NCBI GenBank assembly: GCA_027483765.1
Contig: JAIXTW010000005.1
Location: forward strand, 11,821 to 75,820
Source: Streptomycetaceae bacterium
GTDB lineage: Bacteria > Actinomycetota > Actinomycetes > Nanopelagicales > Nanopelagicaceae
Direction: 5' to 3'
Length of the DNA stretch: 64,000 nucleotides
Part shown: piece after piece, positions 1 through 10,179 of the stretch
Layout: each line of letters starts with the position of its first letter
Numbering within the stretch: position 1 is the first letter of the stretch
Translations under genes and position numbers: made by a program
Notes under the pieces: generated by a model
What the model was told of the DNA's origin: nothing
Seen by the model: only the letters and a program-made list of their open reading frames with translations
The model's database searches: none

Positions 1-138
1 ACTCTTAATTCCTGTCAGTTCCCATGCATTATCTGTGAGTTACCAGCGAATAGTCATTAAGGCGTTTTGAGACTTGCCTTCGATAACTAAAAGTTCTACT
101 CTGACAAATACGTAGCAGTTAACTTGAGTGGAGCAAAA

Positions 139-1014
139 ATGGATTTGATTACGGGCCTTCCAGTACATCCGCTGGTTATTCATGCAGTGGTCGTACTTGT
201 TCCATTGGCAGCAATTGGTGCGCTCTTGGTGATCTTCATTCCAAAATTTCGCCTCACCTATTCGCCGCTGGTACTGATTGCGGTTGTACTTGGAACTATT
301 ACTGCCTTCGTGGCTACTCAATCGGGTGAAGCTTTATCTGAGCGCGTTGGGTTGCCGAAATCTCACGCCACTCACGGTGAGAGGTTGTCCTATGTAGTGC
401 TGGCATTCACCATCTTATTCACCCTTTGGTTTTTACTTGAAAGAACAAATTGGATAAAGGGAGCTATTGCCAATCCACTAAAAATCGTACTTAAAGTACT
501 TCTTCCGATTATCGCGGTCTTAAGTATTGTTCTCACAGTTTTAGCAGGACACTCAGGCGCCGAGGCATCTTGGAAGTATCGAATAGCCGCGACAGAGACA
601 ACTGCTTTAGAAGATCCGGTTCCAACTAATCCAGCTAGCCCTAAAGCTTCTAGCCCTACAGGCACTGTGACGTTATCAAATGCGGAGATTAGAACTCACA
701 ACTCAAAGTCAGATTGCTGGAGCATTGTTAATGGAAACGTATACAACCTGACTTCTTATGTAAGCAGCCACCCAGGTGGTCAGTCAGTAATTGCGAATAT
801 TTGTGGAAAAGATGGCAGCAGCGCTTTTTCTAATCAGCACGGTAACCAGGGTAAGCCCAATAACGTACTGAGTGGTTTCTTGCTTGGTGCCGCTGGCTCC
901 ACTATCAATGCTGCTGCGGGGCAGAAAGTAATTGCGCCACCAGCTTCAGGTACTGGCTATGAATCGGATGAGGAATCTGATGAAGAATATGAAGAGGAAT
1001 CAGATAACGATTAG
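139..1014 (+). CDS. DUF2231-type 4-TM membrane protein fused to a C-terminal cytochrome b5-like heme-binding domain, with acidic tail
   Basis: N-terminal GLPVHPLVIH motif and four hydrophobic segments ending GHSGA; C-terminal HNSKSDCWSIVNGNVYNLT..HPGG..CGKDG..F..QH is the b5 pattern. ATG at 139 has GGAG upstream; the ORF track begins at TTG 124. Confidence 0.8.
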   Translation: MDLITGLPVHPLVIHAVVVLVPLAAIGALLVIFIPKFRLTYSPLVLIAVVLGTITAFVATQSGEALSERVGLPKSHATHGERLSYVVLAFTILFTLWFLLERTNWIKGAIANPLKIVLKVLLPIIAVLSIVLTVLAGHSGAEASWKYRIAATETTALEDPVPTNPASPKASSPTGTVTLSNAEIRTHNSKSDCWSIVNGNVYNLTSYVSSHPGGQSVIANICGKDGSSAFSNQHGNQGKPNNVLSGFLLGAAGSTINAAAGQKVIAPPASGTGYESDEESDEEYEEESDND

Positions 1015-1778
1015 AGTTTGATTTTCTTTAGAATCTTCTCGTCACTAATAATCTGAACTTGGTATCCCTTTAATTTTTGTGAAGCTTTAAGAATAATTTG
1101 TCCATCATCAGAATAGGTGAAGGAAATCTTCTTATTTGGAAAGCCCTTCTTCACGGCTATCACTTTAATCGTGGGGCTGGCTGCGGAGATTTCTACATTG
1201 CTAGTCAATGTGAAAGTACTGCCCGTCTTTACCTTTGTGAATTTAGATGTTGAGATCTCTTTTTCAACGATAGATTGAATTTGCTCGGCATTGGCCGCTT
1301 TGGCTCTCTCTTCTGCATTCGGAATAAAGGTGTAATCAAGTTCAGCTTGTGTAGGAGTTCCATCTGGATTCTTTATCCATGTTGGATTCTCTGGAGTTGC
1401 AATTGGTCCAGTTGCACCTTGTGGCTCGGGAACATAAATGGGAGTTCCATCGGGATTAAATCCCAACTGAATCATTCCTGGAGGAGCCGGCGGAGTTGGG
1501 GGCGGTGGAAGCTTTGCTCTCTCTTCTGCATTTGGAATAAAGGTGTAATCACGTTGCGCTTGAGTCGGTGTTCCATCTGGATTGGGAATCCAAGCCGGAT
1601 TTTCCGGAGTTGCAATTGGTCCTGTTGCTCCTTGAGGTTCAGGTCCGTACTTGGGAGATCCGTCTGTGTTGTAGCCAATAATGATGTCGGCATAGCTAGG
1701 CGTGCTGAAAGATAAAATCCCAACTACAAGTGCGATCGTAACTTTCTTGCCACGTGTGGTGACTCTGCCCCGGTTCAT
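1011..1778 (-). CDS. Secreted hypothetical protein with an internally duplicated ~57-aa Pro/Gly/Thr-rich module
   Basis: Signal-peptide-like N-terminus ending SYA|D; two near-identical modules at a 213-nt period; Lys-rich beta-type C-terminus. Confidence 0.75.
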   Translation of the reverse strand: MNRGRVTTRGKKVTIALVVGILSFSTPSYADIIIGYNTDGSPKYGPEPQGATGPIATPENPAWIPNPDGTPTQAQRDYTFIPNAEERAKLPPPPTPPAPPGMIQLGFNPDGTPIYVPEPQGATGPIATPENPTWIKNPDGTPTQAELDYTFIPNAEERAKAANAEQIQSIVEKEISTSKFTKVKTGSTFTLTSNVEISAASPTIKVIAVKKGFPNKKISFTYSDDGQIILKASQKLKGYQVQIISDEKILKKIKL

Positions 1779-1833
1779 GGCTCAAGAATACATTGCGGGG
1801 ATTTGGAACTCATAGAGGTCTGGCGAACAAACG

Positions 1834-1905
1834 TGGGCGGTGAGGGTTTCGAACCCCCGACATCCTCGGTGTAAACGAGGCGCTCTACCACTGAGCTAAC
1901 CACCC
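1834..1905 (-). tRNA. tRNA-Val (TAC), CCA not encoded
   Basis: Reverse complement folds as a cloverleaf: acceptor GGGTGGT/ACCGCCC, D arm GCTC/GAGC, anticodon arm CCTCG-TTTACAC-CGAGG, T loop TTCGAAA. Confidence 0.97.
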
Positions 1906-1991
1906 GGTGCCACTTGTTCAGTGGCGGTCGGACTCGCGAATACTACTTTATATCTGCGAAAGTAGGAAAAACGCGCGTAAGAAGTGCGTGC

Positions 1992-2450
1992 TTAGAGCGC
2001 TGCAATAGCGCTCTTGTAATCGCCATTGTTACGGGCATCGCCAAGGCCTTGAACTACTGACCAGCGAATGATTCCCTCTTTATCAATAATGAATGTTCCA
2101 CGCATTGCGCATCCGATATCTTCGTTGAAGACGCCATATGCCGATGCAACTGCGCCATGTGGCCAGAAATCTGCGAGGAATGGGAATTTGTAGCTTTCTT
2201 GTTCAGCAAAGATTTTCAACGTATGCATTGAATCGCATGAGACTGCAATTACTTGCACGTTATCGTTTTCAAAGGCAGAAATATCATCGCGAATTGCGCA
2301 GAGCTCGCCAGTGCAAGTGCCAGTAAATGCGAATGGAATAAAGACAAGTACTACGTTTTTCTTACCCTTAAATGATGAGAGCGAAACCTTGGTTCCAGTT
2401 TGATCCCTTAATTCAAAATCTGGTGCTGCTTGTCCGATAGCAATTGTCAT
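1992..2450 (-). CDS. ahpE: Peroxiredoxin, AhpE-like (AhpC/TSA family)
   Basis: APDFELRDQ, PFAFTGTCTGE peroxidatic Cys motif, DFWPHG, RGTFIIDKEG; adjacent to DUF3052 and aceE as in other actinobacteria. Confidence 0.88.
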   Translation of the reverse strand: MTIAIGQAAPDFELRDQTGTKVSLSSFKGKKNVVLVFIPFAFTGTCTGELCAIRDDISAFENDNVQVIAVSCDSMHTLKIFAEQESYKFPFLADFWPHGAVASAYGVFNEDIGCAMRGTFIIDKEGIIRWSVVQGLGDARNNGDYKSAIAAL

Positions 2451-2459
2451 GGCGCGAAT

Positions 2460-2852
2460 CTAGCGCTTGCCCGCTTTTCGTGCCACCAGGCGAGTAGCGG
2501 TCCAATCTGCAGCGACAGCTAAGGAAGAAGTTTGACTAAGGCCACATGTAGGTGCGGCATCTTGAATATCACTTGGTTCGACATGTCCATCGCGACCAAC
2601 CTTTGGCGTTAATACCCAGATAGGTCCAGTTTCAGATAGGTAGGCCATCGCATCCATTAACTCGTCTACGAGATCACCATCATCTTCACGAAACCATAAG
2701 AGAACTGCATCTACGACTTCGTTAGTGGAGCCTTCGAGAAATGCAGTGCCGGTAATTTCCATGATCTCGCTGCGGAGAGCGGCATCACAATCTGCCCCAT
2801 ATCCGACCTCGAGGACGAGCTCTCCTTGAGCAAACCCCATTCGCATTGCCAC
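2460..2852 (-). CDS. DUF3052 family protein
   Basis: [19 protein letters not shown] and [21 protein letters not shown] motifs; divergent from aceE. Confidence 0.88.
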   Translation of the reverse strand: MAMRMGFAQGELVLEVGYGADCDAALRSEIMEITGTAFLEGSTNEVVDAVLLWFREDDGDLVDELMDAMAYLSETGPIWVLTPKVGRDGHVEPSDIQDAAPTCGLSQTSSLAVAADWTATRLVARKAGKR

Positions 2853-2945
2853 GGGATAAGTCCACCGAATGTGACGAATATTTACAAGGGTTTAACCTGT
2901 ACTGGCCCGTATTTTTTTGTGCTCATCCCTATTTTGGGCGAGAAT

Positions 2946-5672
2946 ATGGCCATGACTGAATTCGATGGATTCCCAGATCAGATAATCGATCAACTTGTAG
3001 ATACGGATCCAGCCGAAACGGCAGAATGGCAGGCCTCCTTCGACGCCGCCCTCAACGCTGCTGGGCCAGTCCGCGCTCGTTATCTGATGCTCTCACTTCT
3101 TCGTAGAGCACAAGAGAAGAACATCGGAATTTCACAACTTCGCGCAACTGATTACATCAACACAATTTCACCAGAGCACGAACCAGAATTTCCTGGCGAT
3201 GAAGCTATGGAACGTCGTATCCGCAGATTTAATCGATGGAACGCTGCGATGTTGGTTCACCGCGCACAACGCCCTGGCGTCGGAGTCGGCGGACACATCT
3301 CTACCTATGCATCTTCTGCTTCACTCTATGAAGTTGGATTTAACCACTTCTTCCGCGGACAAGATCATTCAGGTGGCGGAGACCAAATTTTCTTCCAGGG
3401 TCACGCAAGTCCCGGAATGTATGCACGCGCATTTCTTGAAGGTCGCTTTACCGAAAATCAACTTGATGGATTTAGACAGGAACTCTCACACGAAGGCGGC
3501 GGATTATCTTCATATCCTCACCCACGTTTGATGCCAGATTTTTGGCAGTTCCCAACCGTGTCAATGGGTATTGGGCCGATCAATGCAATTTATCAAGCAC
3601 GCTTTAACCGCTACTTACATAACCGTGGCATTAAAGATACAAGTGATCAAAATGTATGGGCATTCCTCGGCGATGGTGAAATGGATGAAGTCGACACATT
3701 GGGTGCGATTGGTCTGGCATCACGCGAGAAGCTAGATAACTTAACTTTTGTTGTGAACTGTAACTTGCAGCGCCTTGATGGTCCTGTGCGCGGAAACGGC
3801 AAGATTATTCAGGAGCTTGAATCAATCTTCGGTGGCGCCGGATGGAATGTGGTCAAAGTTGTATGGGGTCGCGAATGGGATCCACTGCTGGCACAAGATC
3901 GCGAAGGCGCACTTGTGAATTTGATGAACACAACTCTCGATGGTGATTTCCAGACATTTAAGGCCGAGAGTGGCGCATTTGTTCGCGAACATTTCTTCGG
4001 TCGCGATCCACGCACAGCAGCAATGGTTGCTGGTTGGTCTGATGATCAGGTCTGGGGCCTTAAGCGTGGTGGCCACGACTACCGCAAACTCTTCGCTGCA
4101 TACACCGCAGCGGTACAGAAGAATGGAAAGCCAACTGTCATTCTTGCTAAGACAATTAAGGGCTGGACACTTGGTTCGCACTTCGAAGGACGTAACTCAA
4201 CGCACCAGATGAAGAAGATGACTCTGGAAGACATCATTGAATTCCGCGATCGCCTTGATATTCCACTTACTAATGACAAGTTAGATAAGTACATGCCTTC
4301 GTACTACCGTCCGGCCGCAGATTCTCCAGAAATGAAGTACCTTGATGAACGTCGCCGCGCACTTGGTGGATCAATTCCAAGTCGTCGCAAAGTCTCTAAG
4401 CCACTTCCACAACCTGCTGATGAGGTCTATGACTCGGTCCGACGTGGCTCAGGTCAGCAAGAAGTTGCAACAACTATGGCTTTCGTCCGCATGCTAAAAG
4501 ATTTAGTGAAGGATCCAGGACTTGGTAGTCGCATCGTTCCAATCATTCCTGATGAGGCTCGTACATTTGGTCTTGATTCACTCTTCCCAACACTGAAGAT
4601 TTATTCACCGCACGGCCAGCAGTACATGGCAGTAGATCGTGAATTGATGCTTTCGTATAAGGAATCAACTGCTGGAGTAATCCTGCACGAAGGAATTAAC
4701 GAAGCCGGCTCGGTCGCATCCTTTACGGCAGTCGGTTCTTCTTATTCAACACATGATGAACCGATGATTCCTATCTACATCTTCTACTCAATGTTTGGTT
4801 TCCAACGCACAGGCGATGCCTTCTGGGCGGCATCTGATCAATTAGTACGCGGATTCGTTATGGGCGCCACAGCTGGACGCACGACACTTAATGGAGAAGG
4901 CCTGCAGCATGAAGATGGGCATTCTCATCTACTTGCTGCAACTAACCCTGCCGTTGTTTCCTACGACCCTGCATTCGCTTACGAAGTTGGACATATCTTT
5001 AAAGATGGTCTGCGTCGCATGTATGGAGAGAACAGTGAGAATATTTACTACTACTTAACTATCTACAACGAGCCATATCTGCAGCCGGCAGAACCTGAGA
5101 ATCTTGATATCGATGGTTTGCTCAAGGGTATTTATCTCTATGCGCCAGCGCCTAAGCAGCGTAAGAAGAATGCACAGATTCTTGCATCAGGTGTTGGAGT
5201 CAACTGGGCGCTGAAGGCGCAGAAATTACTTGCCGAAGATTGGGGCGTTGCAGCTTCGGTCTGGTCGGTAACTTCGTGGAATGAACTTCGTCGTGATGGC
5301 CTTGAAGTAGATCGCCATAACATGCTCAACCCTGGCAATAAGAAGAGCGCCTACGTTTACAACAAACTCAGTGGAACTGAAGGTCCAGTTGTTGCAGTCT
5401 CTGACTTCATGCGCGCGGTGCAGGATCAGATTGCACCGTGGGTGCCAAATCAATTCCATTCACTCGGTACCGATGGCTTTGGGCTTTCAGATACTCGTGG
5501 TGCACTTCGTCGTCACTTTAAAGTCGATGCTGAATCAATTGTCGTAGCTACTCTTGCCGAGCTTGCTAAGAGCGGTGAAGTAAAGGATGCAGTTGTGCAA
5601 GAGGCTATCGATAAGTACCGAATCTTCGATGTGCGTTCAGCAGATGCTGGCAACACCGAAGGTTCTGGTTGA
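2946..5672 (+). CDS. aceE: Pyruvate dehydrogenase E1 component, homodimeric type
   Basis: [23 protein letters not shown](X)n N TPP motif, GEGLQHEDG. Start set at ATG 2946 (2952 is an alternative) because the longer ORF overlaps the divergent DUF3052. Confidence 0.97.
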   Translation: MAMTEFDGFPDQIIDQLVDTDPAETAEWQASFDAALNAAGPVRARYLMLSLLRRAQEKNIGISQLRATDYINTISPEHEPEFPGDEAMERRIRRFNRWNAAMLVHRAQRPGVGVGGHISTYASSASLYEVGFNHFFRGQDHSGGGDQIFFQGHASPGMYARAFLEGRFTENQLDGFRQELSHEGGGLSSYPHPRLMPDFWQFPTVSMGIGPINAIYQARFNRYLHNRGIKDTSDQNVWAFLGDGEMDEVDTLGAIGLASREKLDNLTFVVNCNLQRLDGPVRGNGKIIQELESIFGGAGWNVVKVVWGREWDPLLAQDREGALVNLMNTTLDGDFQTFKAESGAFVREHFFGRDPRTAAMVAGWSDDQVWGLKRGGHDYRKLFAAYTAAVQKNGKPTVILAKTIKGWTLGSHFEGRNSTHQMKKMTLEDIIEFRDRLDIPLTNDKLDKYMPSYYRPAADSPEMKYLDERRRALGGSIPSRRKVSKPLPQPADEVYDSVRRGSGQQEVATTMAFVRMLKDLVKDPGLGSRIVPIIPDEARTFGLDSLFPTLKIYSPHGQQYMAVDRELMLSYKESTAGVILHEGINEAGSVASFTAVGSSYSTHDEPMIPIYIFYSMFGFQRTGDAFWAASDQLVRGFVMGATAGRTTLNGEGLQHEDGHSHLLAATNPAVVSYDPAFAYEVGHIFKDGLRRMYGENSENIYYYLTIYNEPYLQPAEPENLDIDGLLKGIYLYAPAPKQRKKNAQILASGVGVNWALKAQKLLAEDWGVAASVWSVTSWNELRRDGLEVDRHNMLNPGNKKSAYVYNKLSGTEGPVVAVSDFMRAVQDQIAPWVPNQFHSLGTDGFGLSDTRGALRRHFKVDAESIVVATLAELAKSGEVKDAVVQEAIDKYRIFDVRSADAGNTEGSG

Positions 5673-5713
5673 TCTAGTTCTGGTTGATCTAGTTCTGGTT
5701 GATCTAGTTCTGG
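5662..5713. repeat. 15-bp tandem repeat GTTCTGGTTGATCTA x3.5 spanning the aceE and MFS stop codons
   Basis: Units read directly at 5662, 5677 and 5692, with a partial unit at 5707. Confidence 0.97.
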
Positions 5714-6909
5714 CGGGCTCTATCTTCATTGAGCGAGTTTGAAAAGAAGACCGCCGCTAGCATCATTGCAGTCGGAATCATCATTGCTAGCGCAATGGAT
5801 CCGGTGAACTGAATAGTCCACGCCACTACCCATTTCACAGCAAAAGTGAGCACAGTATTTGTCACTCCAAACTGGCCAACAACAACAGCGCTCGGTAACT
5901 TCGAGCGACGGTTTGCCGCGGACATAAACGTTGGAGCCAAAAATGATGAGCCGAGTCCCGCTATTGCAAAAGCTGAGATAAAGAGCGAATACGACCACCA
6001 TTTCATATCTGCCGGAAGATGGGTTGCCACAATGATGCAACCACCAAAACCAATTCCAGCAAGGAGCGCGGCACGTCGCACCCAGATATCGATTGCGGCT
6101 CTTTCTAGTAGACGATGAATCAATAACCGGCCAACAATCATGGTTGCTGAGAAGACAATAAATGGCGCTGTACTTAGCCCACCAGAAACATCGAGTCGTT
6201 CTTTGGTGAAGATTGTTCCCCAGTCACCTAGTGCAAATTCTAAATAAACCACGCATGCCATTCCAAGGCTAACCGGCCAGTCAATTTCAAAGGAGGTGAA
6301 AATATCTTTTATTGTGTAATCCTCTTCCGAATTCTGATTGGGTTCAATCAGCAGGGGCTTAAGTTTTTGAACAATCGAAATCATTATCACAGCAAGAACT
6401 AGCGAGAGGATGGCGATGTGAGTCGAAAGAGCTACCCGGCCCACGAGCAAGCCGGAAAGTATTGAGGTGCTTAGCGATCCTGCGCTCCAGTAACCCGCCG
6501 TACTAGTTATGAGATTGAGCTTGCTCCGTTCCAGGAGATGGAAACTGTGCGAATTCAGGCAGACATGTACCGCAGTGATTCCGAAGCCAAATGAAATGCT
6601 GAGGAGCAGAAAGAGAAAACTAGATTGCACACGGACCAAAAATGTAAGAGATAAAAACAGAAGCAGGATTGAACTAATCGTTACCTTGTATGCTCCAAAT
6701 TTATGGAGAATGTGCCCCACGGTGAGAAGTCCCAGAAAAGCGCCAATTCCACCTGTGCTCACCAGTGAACCAAAGGCGCCATTTTCTAACTGCAGATTTG
6801 CCTTTAGCTCTGGGAATCGAGGAATCCAAGCCATGATTCCAAAACCGAAACATGCAAAAAGCGTGTGAAGAAGTTTCTTTTCGTTACTGTGGTCAATCAA
6901 AGACGACAT
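5704..6909 (-). CDS. MFS transporter
   Basis: About 12 hydrophobic segments; GHILHKFGAYK resembles MFS motif A; start overlaps the ybbN stop (TAATG). Confidence 0.88.
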   Translation of the reverse strand: MSSLIDHSNEKKLLHTLFACFGFGIMAWIPRFPELKANLQLENGAFGSLVSTGGIGAFLGLLTVGHILHKFGAYKVTISSILLLFLSLTFLVRVQSSFLFLLLSISFGFGITAVHVCLNSHSFHLLERSKLNLITSTAGYWSAGSLSTSILSGLLVGRVALSTHIAILSLVLAVIMISIVQKLKPLLIEPNQNSEEDYTIKDIFTSFEIDWPVSLGMACVVYLEFALGDWGTIFTKERLDVSGGLSTAPFIVFSATMIVGRLLIHRLLERAAIDIWVRRAALLAGIGFGGCIIVATHLPADMKWWSYSLFISAFAIAGLGSSFLAPTFMSAANRRSKLPSAVVVGQFGVTNTVLTFAVKWVVAWTIQFTGSIALAMMIPTAMMLAAVFFSNSLNEDRARQN

Positions 6910-7769
6910 TAGAAGAGTGCGTTAGCTAAGGCAGCACGGGCTTTAATGACACGTGGATCTGCTGGGTCAACTAAGAAAAATAGCTCTAATAGTCGATCCT
7001 TAACTAGCATCTGCTCTTGCCCGTCAAGAATTACAATCAATCGCAGCAGTCGTTCAAATGCGGGCTCGAGGTAACCACTCATCAGCTCAACGTCTGCACA
7101 TTGCATCTGAATTGAAATATCGTCTGGATTCTTAACGGCCGACTCCATTACTTGCTTGCCATCGACACCTTCGGTGCGAATGAGTAGTTGAACTTGAGTA
7201 AGTCCAAGCTTGGCAAAATTATCGGAAGGCTTTCGTGCCAATAGTCGTTTATATGCTGCCTCAGCCGTTGCATAATCACCCTGATCAATCGCTGCTAGCG
7301 CTTCATCTTCTTCAGGTTCACTCTGTTCTGCTGGCTCTTCACCAATTCCTTGCTTAGCGGCAAGTGCCAGAATTTTATTGATTACTTCACGCAGTTGCGT
7401 CTCAGACAGTGCTTGCTCAAGGAATGGCACAGCTTGTCCCCCAATAAAGACAACTCCGTACGGAATCGTGCGCGCTTGCAGTGCCTGTGCAACTGGGGCT
7501 TGGGTATCGATATCTATCGATGCCAGCGCCCACTTGCCCTGATCTGCTGCTTCCAATTTTCCGAGCGCTTGAAGAGTTGCCACTGATTCTGCAGAACGTT
7601 GTGACCAGCAGAGCATGACTACCGGCAGCGTGTTAGACAGTGGCAATAACTTCGATTGCAAATTCTCGGCTGTAACAACGATTCCTGGCATCGGTAGCGA
7701 GGTATCAGGTGCTGGTTTGCCGAGTGAGCTGAGATCTACAGCTCGCGAAAAGTTAGGAGGCAGGCTCAT
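6909..7769 (-). CDS. Thioredoxin-like/TPR co-chaperone (YbbN/CnoX-like), without CxxC
   Basis: SRAVDLS N-terminus, thioredoxin-fold region PVVMLCWSQRS, C-terminal TPR-like helices ending ARAALANALF. Confidence 0.85.
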   Translation of the reverse strand: MSLPPNFSRAVDLSSLGKPAPDTSLPMPGIVVTAENLQSKLLPLSNTLPVVMLCWSQRSAESVATLQALGKLEAADQGKWALASIDIDTQAPVAQALQARTIPYGVVFIGGQAVPFLEQALSETQLREVINKILALAAKQGIGEEPAEQSEPEEDEALAAIDQGDYATAEAAYKRLLARKPSDNFAKLGLTQVQLLIRTEGVDGKQVMESAVKNPDDISIQMQCADVELMSGYLEPAFERLLRLIVILDGQEQMLVKDRLLELFFLVDPADPRVIKARAALANALF

Positions 7770-9016
7770 TACTGAATCATGCCATCTAGTCGCACATTGA
7801 CGCCAGAATCGCGACGGAAAGGAAGAACATCAGCGATATATGCTCTCGCCGCAAAATCTAGGCCCACATCATGTCCAGCTTTTTCACTCAAGTACCAACG
7901 ATGTTCGAGAGTTTCGTGGAAAAATTGCGCAAGTTCAATTCTTCCCTCAAGTTCTGGCGGAATTAAATTAACAGTGGGTCTAAAGACTTCATCGAGCCAT
8001 CGCTTTGCTGAATCTGAAACTGGTGGCTTAGGTGTTTTCTCGCGACCTCTAAAGCGATCAAAGGATGCAAGTAATCTTTTCGCTTGCAACTCCTCAGTTT
8101 CTAGCCCCACTAATTCGCGCAGACGGTTCTTGTGATATCCCGCTGCGACTAACTTCGGCTGAAAGACTAACTTGCCTGCATTCTCGCCCTCTTCCATAGA
8201 GACTGAGACTTCTTCCACCGCAAAACCTAAATCGTGTAGCTGACGCATCGCACGTTCAACAGCGTGACGATCTGTTGGATCAAGTACCTGACGATCCTTT
8301 AGCGCCGACCACAAACGGTGATAACGATTTATGAGTGCGGTACTTGCACGAATCGGATCCATACCTGGGTAGAGAACTCCAGAGAGCTGCAGATCTTCCA
8401 GTTCAGCGGCAACGTTAAAGTGTGCAATCTCTAAATCATGTTCGCGTTGTCCGGCGGTAAGTGTCTTCTGGAACTCCCCAGTTTCGGCATCGACTAGATA
8501 AGCGGCATACCCTTCGGCATCTCTGCGAAAGAGCGTGTTAGAGAGCGAACAATCGCCCCACCAGAATCCAAGCAAGTGCAGACGCACTAGCAATAGCGCC
8601 AGTGCGTTAGCCATCAAGGTAACTTCTTCGCCAGTTACGTTCTTATCGCTGAGCACAACTCGGTAGGGCAGTGAGTAGGGCAAAAATCTAGTGACAAGTG
8701 CGCATGGAAGTTCTTCGCCGTTGTTATCAGTTCGCCCCTCAATAACTGCAATCGATTGAACGCTCGGTGAATTCAATTGAGTAAGCTCGCGCAAGATCTT
8801 ATATTCGCGATTAGCAAACTCGGAGACCGTTTCCTTTACTGCATAGACCTCAGATTCCGGGTCGTCGGTAGATCGCACTAAGCGCACAACGTGTCTGGAG
8901 ATACCGCGTTTTTCAGCGAGCATCGGGTCTTCTGGCCACTCTTCCAAAGGCAGGTTCCACGGAAGTCCGGTGACGGCGGCAATCTCCTCACCGAGTCCAG
9001 TTATACGTAGCGCCAT
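7769..9016 (-). CDS. DUF4032 domain protein with a kinase-like (Kdo/WaaP-like) fold
   Basis: GISRHVVR, YAVKE, WWGDCSLSNTLFRRDA, LVDAETG, LEHRWYLSE motifs. Confidence 0.85.
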   Translation of the reverse strand: MALRITGLGEEIAAVTGLPWNLPLEEWPEDPMLAEKRGISRHVVRLVRSTDDPESEVYAVKETVSEFANREYKILRELTQLNSPSVQSIAVIEGRTDNNGEELPCALVTRFLPYSLPYRVVLSDKNVTGEEVTLMANALALLLVRLHLLGFWWGDCSLSNTLFRRDAEGYAAYLVDAETGEFQKTLTAGQREHDLEIAHFNVAAELEDLQLSGVLYPGMDPIRASTALINRYHRLWSALKDRQVLDPTDRHAVERAMRQLHDLGFAVEEVSVSMEEGENAGKLVFQPKLVAAGYHKNRLRELVGLETEELQAKRLLASFDRFRGREKTPKPPVSDSAKRWLDEVFRPTVNLIPPELEGRIELAQFFHETLEHRWYLSEKAGHDVGLDFAARAYIADVLPFRRDSGVNVRLDGMIQ

Positions 9017-9050
9017 GGGCCTTATTCTGGCTTACGCTTTACAATAATGC

Positions 9051-10166
9051 ATGGCTATTTCAGAGCGAATGAAGAGAAAAGTAAAAGATTCAGCAACTGC
9101 ACAGAATTTTGGTGATGCTGGGGCCCCTATGGATCGCGCCCATCCTTTCTACTTTGGTTTTGTTGCAACTATTGGCGCATTAACCGCCTTTGTCTTGATG
9201 CGCGCACTCGCCAGTGCGAGCCAGGTCTTTATTCTCATCTTGGTTGCTCTCTTCTTGGCTATTGGACTAAACCCTGCTGTTGAAGCGATTCGCAAGAGAG
9301 GTCTATCCCGAATTACAGCAGTCACAATTATTTTTGTTTCAGTTATTGTGGCCGTCATTATCTTCGGCGCGCTGATCGTTCCTCCACTTATTTCGCAAGG
9401 TACTAATCTGATTGAAATAGCTCCATCACTTCTCAACCAATTAAAAGATAATCCGACGATTGCCAGCATCAATGATAGTTACGGGATTATCGACACCCTC
9501 GAAAAGAAGTTAAACTCCATTACATCAGATGGAACGCTACTGATTTCGGCATTTGGTGGAGTAGTCGGCGTTGGAAAAACTGTCCTCTCCGGAACCTTTA
9601 CTGCACTAACAATTTTGGTCCTCACGCTCTACTTCATTACCTCACTCAATCAGATGACAGAACTTGGTCTCAAATTAGTTCCCGTCAGCCGTCGCCCACG
9701 TGTAGCGCTACTTACTAATGCAATCATCGCCCGTGTGGGAGCATTTGTTGGCAGTCAAATATTAATCTCTTCCATTGCTGCAATTCTTTTGACGATATTC
9801 GGAGTCATTCTTGGTCTTCCATCACCAGTAGCAATTGGAATCATTATCTTCGTATGTGGACTAGTGCCACTGATCGGGCACTTCTTGGGATGTGCAATCT
9901 TTACCGTCATCGCTCTTACGCAATCAGTATCTATCGGACTAGCCGCATTCCTTGGCTACATTATTTATCTACAGATTGAGAACTACATTCTCACTCCCAA
10001 AATCATGAAGCGAACTCTTAACCTTCCAGGTGCGGTAACGATTATTGCCGCACTCATTGGTACTTCACTTCTGGGACTTGTAGGTGGATTACTTGCAGTC
10101 CCAATCGCAGCGTCAATTATCTTGATTCTGGATGAAGTTATTATTCCTCGAGCAGAGAAGTCTTAA
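9051..10166 (+). CDS. AI-2E family transporter
   Basis: Multi-TM protein with AIGLNPAVE, QIENYILTPKIM and GGLLAVPIAA motifs. Confidence 0.9.
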   Translation: MAISERMKRKVKDSATAQNFGDAGAPMDRAHPFYFGFVATIGALTAFVLMRALASASQVFILILVALFLAIGLNPAVEAIRKRGLSRITAVTIIFVSVIVAVIIFGALIVPPLISQGTNLIEIAPSLLNQLKDNPTIASINDSYGIIDTLEKKLNSITSDGTLLISAFGGVVGVGKTVLSGTFTALTILVLTLYFITSLNQMTELGLKLVPVSRRPRVALLTNAIIARVGAFVGSQILISSIAAILLTIFGVILGLPSPVAIGIIIFVCGLVPLIGHFLGCAIFTVIALTQSVSIGLAAFLGYIIYLQIENYILTPKIMKRTLNLPGAVTIIAALIGTSLLGLVGGLLAVPIAASIILILDEVIIPRAEKS

Positions 10167-10179
10167 TTCGCTTCCAGAT

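Noticed and set aside
40-321. 93-aa minus-strand ORF
   Set aside because: Mostly antisense to the DUF2231-b5 gene, with no motifs.
1275-1715. 146-aa plus-strand ORF with an internal repeat
   Set aside because: It mirrors the duplicated module of the real minus-strand gene.
2870-2886. CRP-like site TGTGA..TTACA in the aceE promoter region
   Set aside because: The spacing is 7 rather than 6 and one half-site mismatches; too weak to call.
2826-2945. N-terminal extension of aceE in the ORF track
   Set aside because: It overlaps the divergent DUF3052 start and promoter region; AceE-like sequence starts near 2946.
5662-5713. Possible CRISPR array
   Set aside because: The 15-bp units are contiguous with no spacers, and there are no cas genes in the window.
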